Source of the DNA: Octopus sinensis
Lineage: Eukaryota
Direction: 5' to 3'
Assembly (NCBI RefSeq): GCF_006345805.1
Contig: NW_021830220.1
Coordinates: 1 to 5,001, forward strand
DNA length: 5,001 bases
Shown here: piece by piece, positions 1-5,001 of the stretch
Position numbering within the stretch: the first letter of the stretch is position 1
How the letters are laid out: every line of letters begins with the position of its first letter
The notes under the pieces: model-generated
Seen by the model: the letters and a program-made list of their open reading frames with translations, nothing else
Databases searched by the model: none
What the model was told of the DNA's origin: nothing
Position numbers and translations under genes: made by a program

Positions 1-300
1 CTTAAGGCTGTATCATGCGCGGGGACATAGAATAATCGGACTGAATACCCGATCGCGCGGTTAAACCATTGGGAGTGAAGGACACCTAGCCTTTGTTAGG
101 GCTCCTTCTAGGAGAAGGTAACTCAGGTAACTGGGATAACTCCGACATAAAACCTGCGGCTCAGTGGTTACCGATGATGATGACTTGTTCTTCTTTTCGG
201 ATTATGACTACTGTTGCTTAGTGAGTGGGATTGACTTAGCGCACAGCCTTTCCACACTTTAAAAAAAATCTTCTTGCACAGGCATTGCACGATAACAACA
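1..300 (+). mobile_element. Possible interspersed-repeat fragment resembling the 5' non-coding region of an RTE-type non-LTR element or derived non-autonomous repeat; left-truncated, right boundary approximate
   Basis: Higher GC and complexity than the flanks. Contains TCTAGGAGAAGGTAACTC...AAAACC (107-153), similar to the 'CTAGGAGAAGGAAAACTC...AAACC' motif I recall from RTE 5' regions. No RT or endonuclease ORF. Recognition from memory only. Confidence 0.35.
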
Positions 301-451
301 TTGTTCATGATTGTTGATGTTGCTGTGAGTCTCAACTGAATGGCTGGCTGTAGCCTTAAAAAGCAAATAAAAATCACATTCGATCACAGCATCAATAACA
401 GTTAAACTTCGTGCAATGGCCATACTCGATAACGAGGGGCAGCCATCATGA

Positions 452-471
452 ATGTATGTATGTATGTATGT
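452..471. repeat. (ATGT)5 microsatellite
   Basis: Direct reading: atgtatgtatgtatgtatgt. Confidence 0.9.
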
Positions 472-732
472 TAGAAGAAAGGGAAATAGTAATGCGTGCA
501 AAATATTTCTATAGGTATCTGAAGATGAAAATGTAGCAGGCTAACAAATATGTCTTGCACCCGGTATTGTACTCCAAGTAATCCATCCAAGTCTGTCACC
601 ATTTAAATTTTAAAATGTACGGTGGCATTCCTACTCAGTTAAGATGGTAGGATTTTACAATAATACATAAAATAGACAGAAATAATGGGTTTAATGCATA
701 TTTATTTCTTTATTTACTCTGCCTATAACAAA

Positions 733-807
733 TATATATACATATATATATATATGTAAGTATGTATGTATGTGTATGTATAAAGTATATAACCCAATAT
801 TTCTGCT

Positions 808-849
<42 letters not shown>

Positions 850-1048
850 TATATATATATACGTATATATATATATGTTGTATATATATATATATAATAT
901 AATATTATATATTATACGTATGTATATATTTATATATTATATACGTATATATATATTTTATATATATATACATATATATATGTGTGTGTGTGTGTGTTTG
1001 TGTGTGTGCGTGTGTGTTTATGTGTGAGTGTGTGCACATACATACATA
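733..1048. repeat. Compound (TA)n / (TATG)n / (TG)n microsatellite
   Basis: Interrupted TA dinucleotide runs at about 733-755 and 816-980, TATG at about 761-781, and TG run at about 981-1034. Confidence 0.95.
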
Positions 1049-1253
1049 TTTACGTACTCTAAAATACATATCCATGAACAAACAAATTTTTATATAAATA
1101 TGAAAAAAATAATCACAAAGTTTATATAAATCTCAACAAGCAGCCACCCCGGGTGCGGAACTGCTGCGTTGAGAAGCAACTTAAGCCCTAAAGATAAATG
1201 CGATACCCGTTTTAATTCTCTGACAACGAATCAAATACAAGAAGAATACTACT

Positions 1254-1376
1254 TTTCTCTCCTTATTTTTTTTTTTTGTTTTTTGTTTGTTTTCCTTTCT
1301 TTATTTACTTATTGTTTGTTTGTTTTAGGTGGAATTTTTTATGAATAAAATTTACGTTTTGTTATTTTTTCTGTTT
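1254..1376. repeat. T-rich low-complexity tract (poly-T, TTTG)
   Basis: tttttttttttgttttttgtttgttttcctttct...ttgtttgtttgttttag. Confidence 0.75.
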
Positions 1377-1432
1377 GCATGAGATTACAGAGAGCATGTG
1401 CAAATATGCGTTTCATTTTACATGTTTATAAA

Positions 1433-1474
1433 TATGTGTGTGTGTGTGTGTGTGTGTATATGCGTGGGTGTATG

Positions 1475-1505
<31 letters not shown>

Positions 1506-1547
1506 ATATATGTATATTTATAAATATATATATATATAATATATAAT

Positions 1548-1601
<54 letters not shown>

Positions 1602-1623
1602 ATGTGCATATACGCTTATATAT
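1433..1623. repeat. Compound (TG)n-(TA)n-(TG)n-(TA)n-(CA)n-(TA)n microsatellite
   Basis: Direct reading; CA run at about 1548-1570. Confidence 0.95.
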
Positions 1624-1630
1624 GTTCTTT

Positions 1631-1717
1631 CTTTTATTCTTTTACTTGTTATAGTCATTTGACTGCGGCCATGCTGGAGCACCACCTTTAGTCGAACAAA
1701 TCGACCCCAGGACTTAT
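1631..1717 (-). mobile_element. 3' tail fragment of tRNA-derived SINE (Octopus-type), minus strand
   Basis: Reverse complement ATAAGTCCTGGGGTCGATTTGTTCGACTAAAGGTGGTGCTCCAGCATGGCCGCAGTCAAATGACTATAACAAGTAAAAGAATAAAAG aligns to 4359-4444 and partly to 2522-2577 in this window. Ends in an A-rich TAAAAGA-type tail. Confidence 0.85.
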
Positions 1718-1743
1718 ATATATATATATATATATATTTACAG

Positions 1744-1835
<92 letters not shown>
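1744..1835. repeat. Perfect (AGAT)23 tetranucleotide microsatellite, preceded by (TA)n at about 1716-1737
   Basis: 92 bp of uninterrupted AGAT units. Confidence 0.97.
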
Positions 1836-1855
1836 GTATTAGTTTTATTGACGCC

Positions 1856-1971
1856 TGTCTTTGGCCCTCACCACCGCTTGACAACCGGCGCTGGTGACCT
1901 TACATCCCTGTAACTTAGCAGTCCGATGGATAGAATAAAATCAGGATTAAGAAAAATTAAGATAAAGTACA
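1856..1971 (+). mobile_element. Internal (post-microsatellite) fragment of the same SINE family
   Basis: CCACCGCTTGACAACCGGCGCTGGTG...CCCTGTAACTTAGCAGT...GATAGAATAA aligns to CCATCGCCTGATAACCGATGCTGGTG...CCCGTAAATTCGTGGTT at 2427-2480. Confidence 0.75.
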
Positions 1972-2015
1972 TAACTAGATATTAATATGCACACACATAT
2001 ATATAGGTATATATA

Positions 2016-2154
2016 GGCGATGGTGTGACTGTAGTAAGAAGCTTGTTTTCCAACCACATTGTTGCGAGTTTAGCATCTTGGGCAAGTGTCTTCTGCTATA
2101 GCCACGGGCTGACCAAGCCTGGACAGTGGATGTCGTAGAGGGAAACTGAAAGAA
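2016..2154 (+). mobile_element. 5' part of tRNA-derived SINE (degenerate pol III A/B boxes plus conserved core)
   Basis: Starts GGCG after (TA)n. A-box-like TGACTGTAGTAAG (about 2025-2038) and B-box-like GTTGCGAGTTTAG (about 2061-2073). Then CTTGGGCAAGTGTCTTCTGCTATAGCC...GGAAACTGAAAGAA, which is homologous to 4100-4176. Confidence 0.8.
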
Positions 2155-2155
2155 T

Positions 2156-2295
2156 CTTGCCTTTCTGTGTAAGAGCGTAGGCTCGAAACATTAAATACTC
2201 TTTCACTTCCCGAGCGTTATACTAATACATCTGTTTGTTGTCTCCACCATCTGTCTCAGTCTTTTGTTTTTTCTATTTGTTTTGCAAATTCTCCC
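2156..2295 (+). mobile_element. Probable Penelope-like terminal-repeat fragment inserted inside the SINE
   Basis: Non-SINE sequence between the SINE head and body. Carries CTGTGTA-A-GAGC-GTAG-GCTC-GAAAC (degenerate hammerhead-like box, hairpin and GAAAC, typical of Penelope-like termini), then a T-rich tail ending at TA repeats. Confidence 0.5.
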
Positions 2296-2302
2296 TATAT
2301 AC

Positions 2303-2303
<1 letters not shown>

Positions 2304-2333
<30 letters not shown>

Positions 2334-2374
2334 TGTATGTATGTATGTATGTATGTATGTATGTATGTATGTAT
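2304..2374. repeat. (TATG)17 microsatellite (internal SINE spacer)
   Basis: 68 bp of perfect TATG units plus TAT. Confidence 0.95.
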
Positions 2375-2390
2375 TTGAGTGAGTGTGTTG

Positions 2391-2577
2391 TGTGTGTCTT
2401 TGTCCGTGTGTTATCCTACCCTTCCGCCATCGCCTGATAACCGATGCTGGTGTGTTTATGTTCCCGTAAATTCGTGGTTCAGCAAAAGAGACTGGCAGTA
2501 TACGCACTAGGCTTAAGTAGAATAAGTCCCGAAGTCGATTTTCGAGTACAAACCCTTCAAGGGCGGTGCTCCGGCAT
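2391..2577 (+). mobile_element. 3' body of the tRNA-derived SINE begun at 2016; extreme 3' tail missing
   Basis: ACCGATGCTGGTGTGTTTATGTTCCCGTAA...GGTTCAGCAAAAGAGAC...AGAATAAGTCCCGAAGTCGATTT...GGCGGTGCTCCGGCAT; homologous to 1856-1971, 4359-4444 and the reverse complement of 1670-1717. Confidence 0.8.
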
Positions 2578-2598
2578 ACATGCATACATTTGCCACAC

Positions 2599-2619
2599 CA
2601 CACACACATATATATATAT

Positions 2620-2670
<51 letters not shown>
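2599..2670. repeat. (CA)n-(TA)n microsatellite
   Basis: Direct reading. Confidence 0.95.
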
Positions 2671-2671
<1 letters not shown>

Positions 2672-2790
2672 TTTATTATATAGAAGGAGCTTCTACAGGA
2701 CTAGAACTGTTTCATTCAAGAGAAATCTTCAGAAGATTTCTCTTGAATGAAACAGTTCTAGTCCTGTAGAAGCTCCTTCTATATAATAAA
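2672..2790. repeat. Perfect inverted repeat: 59-bp arms (2672-2730 and 2732-2790) with 1-nt spacer (A2731)
   Basis: Checked base by base: TTTATTATATAGAAGGAGCTTCTACAGGACTAGAACTGTTTCATTCAAGAGAAATCTTC-A-exact reverse complement. Confidence 0.98.
2688..2736 (-). ncRNA. Minimal type I hammerhead-ribozyme-like motif (probably non-functional here)
   Basis: Minus strand: CUGAAGA (2732-2726), U-UUC-UCUU-GAA-U (stem II), GAAA (2713-2710), stem III ACAG/CUGU around loop UUCUAGUC, GUA triplet (cut after 2694), then GAAGCU. Stem I is nearly absent and stem II lacks the canonical G-C closing pair. Confidence 0.45.
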
Positions 2791-2858
2791 TTAATTTTAC
2801 TCTACTAGTATTGAGTACCTTATTTACTGTGGTTAACCCCGAATCAACCCGGGACCTA

Positions 2859-3076
2859 CATATATATATATATATATATATGTATGTATATATATATATA
2901 TATAGATATATATATATATATTATGTATATATATATATAATATATATATATATATTAGGTATATATATATATATATATATATTATGTATATAATATATAT
3001 TATATATGTATGTATATATATTATATATAATATATATTATATACATAGATATATATATAATATAATATAATATATC

Positions 3077-3110
<34 letters not shown>

Positions 3111-3128
3111 ATATATATAATACGTATG

Positions 3129-3193
<65 letters not shown>

Positions 3194-3236
3194 CGTATGT
3201 ATATATATTATACGTATGTATGTATATACATATATG
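2859..3236. repeat. Long (about 380 bp) interrupted (TA)n tract
   Basis: Almost purely A/T with sporadic TATG, TAGA and TACG interruptions. Confidence 0.97.
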
Positions 3237-3673
3237 CTAATATGCCAATGAACTTATGCGAATATATGTCATAAATTATATTCTGCTTACAAAGAATTTG
3301 TCTTTTTTATTATTATTATAAGTTTTTATCAATATCAACTTAATTTTAAGAGACGATAAAATAATGAAACCAATGCGATGAGGGAAAGCGCTATTATGAA
3401 CAAAGTAAGGGTCATAGTAAACTTACTAAATAAATAAAATAATTCCATAAAACAACAGGAAAACTGGCAAATAAATTAACAAAACAACGCGAGATACAAA
3501 ATAAACAAACAGAAAACAACAGGAAGTAATTCACTTACCCGCCCTCATGCTCTGCCCTTGCTAAATAGCTTATCTGAATGTGTTATCAGGGGAAAGATAA
3601 CATACATATATACATACATCCATACAAATATATTCATTTTTATTTAGAAACAAATTTTTATATATGCACTTGT

Positions 3674-3852
3674 ATATGTATGCATGCATGTATGTATGTA
3701 TGTATGTATGTATGTATGTATGTATGTATATGTGTGTGTATGTATGTATGTATGTATGTATTTATGTGTGTATGTTTGTATGTATATATGTATGTATGAA
3801 TGTATGTATGTATGTATGTATGTATGTATGTATGTATGTATGTGTATGTATA
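3674..3852. repeat. Interrupted (TATG)n microsatellite
   Basis: Direct reading; source of the HTYI/MYVC ORFs. Confidence 0.97.
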
Positions 3853-3894
3853 CATAGTTAGTGCTGTGGTCATAAAAAAGCAAGAGAAAATATC

Positions 3895-4030
3895 GGTGAA
3901 GATAATAAAGACGATAATAACCATACTGAAGATAGTAAGGATAGAATTTCTGTTGATGACCATGCGAAGGTGAGGATAATAGTGATGTTCCTGATTATGA
4001 TAGTTTTGTGGAGGATTACGTTGATGGCAA
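3895..4030. repeat. Highly degenerate (GAT/AAT)n trinucleotide-like low-complexity region
   Basis: 3-nt periodic gat/aat/gac/gaa/agt units, e.g. gaagataataaagacgataataac and gaggataatagtgatgtt. Confidence 0.5.
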
Positions 4031-4099
4031 GACGTGGGTTCGAGTTCAGTATGAATCTGTTACAATGAATATACATTTAGTGGTGTCCATACATACAAT

Positions 4100-4176
4100 T
4101 GTCTTCTACTATAGCCTGCGGCCAACCGAGCCCTTGTGGATCGATGCAGTGGACAGAAACTGAGGGACTGCCTGCC
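4100..4176 (+). mobile_element. 5'-truncated core fragment of the same SINE family
   Basis: TGTCTTCTACTATAGCCTGCGGCCAACC...GACAGAAACTGA aligns with TGTCTTCTGCTATAGCCACGGGCTGACC...GAGGGAAACTGA at 2087-2149; followed by (TA)n. Confidence 0.75.
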
Positions 4177-4291
4177 ATATATATATATATAACAATATTT
4201 TATAATTACGAGTATAATTATAATAAGGGTTCAGCAAAGATTTGCTTTACCACATACCGAAGTTTAGAAATAGCAGCCAAAGAACCTTAGC

Positions 4292-4361
4292 TATTTCTTC
4301 TACTACAAGAAGAGACTTATTTTGTTTTGTGCGGGAGTCTCTTCTTATAGTAGAAGAAATA
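4292..4361. repeat. Inverted repeat: 26-bp arms (4292-4317 and 4336-4361), one mismatch, 18-nt spacer
   Basis: TATTTCTTCTACTACAAGAAGAGACT / AGTCTCTTCTTATAGTAGAAGAAATA; mismatch C4306 vs A4347. Confidence 0.93.
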
Positions 4362-4445
4362 AGTCCTGGGTCGATTTGTTTTGACTAAAGGCAGTGCCCC
4401 AGCTGGGCCGCAGACAAGTGACAATCAAGTTAAAAAAGTGAAAGA
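4358..4445 (+). mobile_element. 3' tail fragment of the SINE family
   Basis: AATAAGTCCTGGGTCGATTTGTTTTGACTAAAGGCAGTGCCCCAGCTGGGCCGCAGACAAGTGAC...AAAGTGAAAGA; homologous to the reverse complement of 1631-1717. Confidence 0.85.
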
Positions 4446-4537
4446 AATATATATATGCATGAGTGTGTGTGAACAAACTTGAAGTACACAACGATGTAAT
4501 TTGAACCAATAGAATGTAATTCGAAGGTTAATATAAT

Positions 4538-4725
4538 CATTCGAAGTTTTCTTTCCTCAGTCAAGTCCCAGATTATCTTCGCAATTTCGGCTAATTATAC
4601 CTGAGACTGCTCCAATCTGGCCAGCCCCAAGGAAAATCTAAGCTAAGAGCGTTAGATTCCTTGGAAGAAAGCAGCGAATGTATACAAAAACAAGGACGGG
4701 AAAAAACGAACAATGTTACACAAAT
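4538..4725. mobile_element. Probable unclassified interspersed repeat fragment with internal hairpin
   Basis: GC-richer complex block bounded by AT-rich sequence, with a hairpin at 4627-4664. Resembles sequence I recall as repetitive in octopus, unverified. Confidence 0.3.
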
Positions 4726-4732
4726 ACATTAA

Positions 4733-4790
4733 AAATAATAATAATAAAATGATTATAATGTTTATATATATATATTATATATATATATCA
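4733..4790. repeat. (AAT)n and (TA)n low-complexity tract
   Basis: Direct reading. Confidence 0.8.
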
Positions 4791-5001
4791 TTTGTATTTT
4801 ATGTATGCCTATTTGTGTAGGAGTAGGGTGAGAGAAGCCTACAGACAGAAGAAAGATATAGAATATGTTTCGAAACCGGGGAGAAGATTAAAAAGAATCA
4901 AATCTGGAGACACAATCGCGTCCACTCAGACATGATGTCCGTCTTAACTGACCATTATTCTATATTCTTTTATGTAGATACTGATTAATTATTTCTTGTG
5001 T

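Larger units (their letters stand above)
2672..2858. mobile_element. Probable Penelope-like element terminal fragments in head-to-head arrangement, inserted in a (TA)n tract
   Basis: Complex sequence flanked by (TA)n on both sides. Each arm reads hammerhead-like core followed by AATAAA (2785-2790 on +). The right copy continues about 68 bp beyond the palindrome. Confidence 0.5.

Noticed and set aside
168-501. Minus-strand ORFs of 69 and 80 aa
   Set aside because: Short, no recognisable motif, and overlapping a probable repeat and a microsatellite
1254-1330. Polypyrimidine tract ending TTTTAG|G as a splice acceptor
   Set aside because: Downstream sequence is AT-rich with no convincing exon or donor; T-rich tracts are common in this DNA
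2016-2075. tRNA gene
   Set aside because: Only degenerate A/B-box-like remnants and no cloverleaf; it is the SINE head
770-3963. ORFs rich in YI/HTYI/MYVC/CV (770-1027, 1418-1609, 2295-2609, 2444-2683, 2566-2769, 2811-2993, 3578-3799, 3644-3883, 3658-3963, 3664-3861)
   Set aside because: Translations of stop-free microsatellites and adjacent SINE or palindrome sequence; no domain-like content
3870-4290. ORFs 3870-4076 (-) and 4099-4290 (+)
   Set aside because: The first is the antisense reading of degenerate GAT repeats (I/S/L-rich); the second runs through a SINE fragment and a TA repeat
4539-4560. Minus-strand CUGAGGA-AAG-AAAA-CUU-C-GAAU as a third hammerhead
   Set aside because: GAAU instead of GAAA, weak stem II, and no supportable stem III or cleavage triplet
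4867-4876. 10-bp palindrome GTTTCGAAAC
   Set aside because: Short enough to occur by chance; no supporting context
1-5001. CRISPR array or prokaryotic system
   Set aside because: No regularly spaced direct repeats with unique spacers and no operon-like coding density; the sequence is eukaryotic repeat-rich DNA

Overview
AT-rich, microsatellite-dense, non-coding eukaryotic DNA (intron or intergenic). The repeat content resembles, from memory, that of Octopus/coleoid cephalopod genomes; this was not database-checked. No credible protein-coding gene is present, and nearly all listed ORFs are translations of (TA)n, (TATG)n or (TG)n tracts. The window holds several fragments of one tRNA-derived SINE family on both strands, two of them interrupted by unrelated inserts. 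It also has a possible RTE-like 5' region at the left edge and Penelope-like terminal-repeat fragments carrying hammerhead-ribozyme-like motifs. The most striking structure is a perfect 119-bp palindrome (2672-2790; 59-bp arms, 1-nt centre) embedded in (TA)n. Its centre falls inside a hammerhead-type CUGAAGA box, so it looks like a head-to-head fusion of two minimal-hammerhead units.
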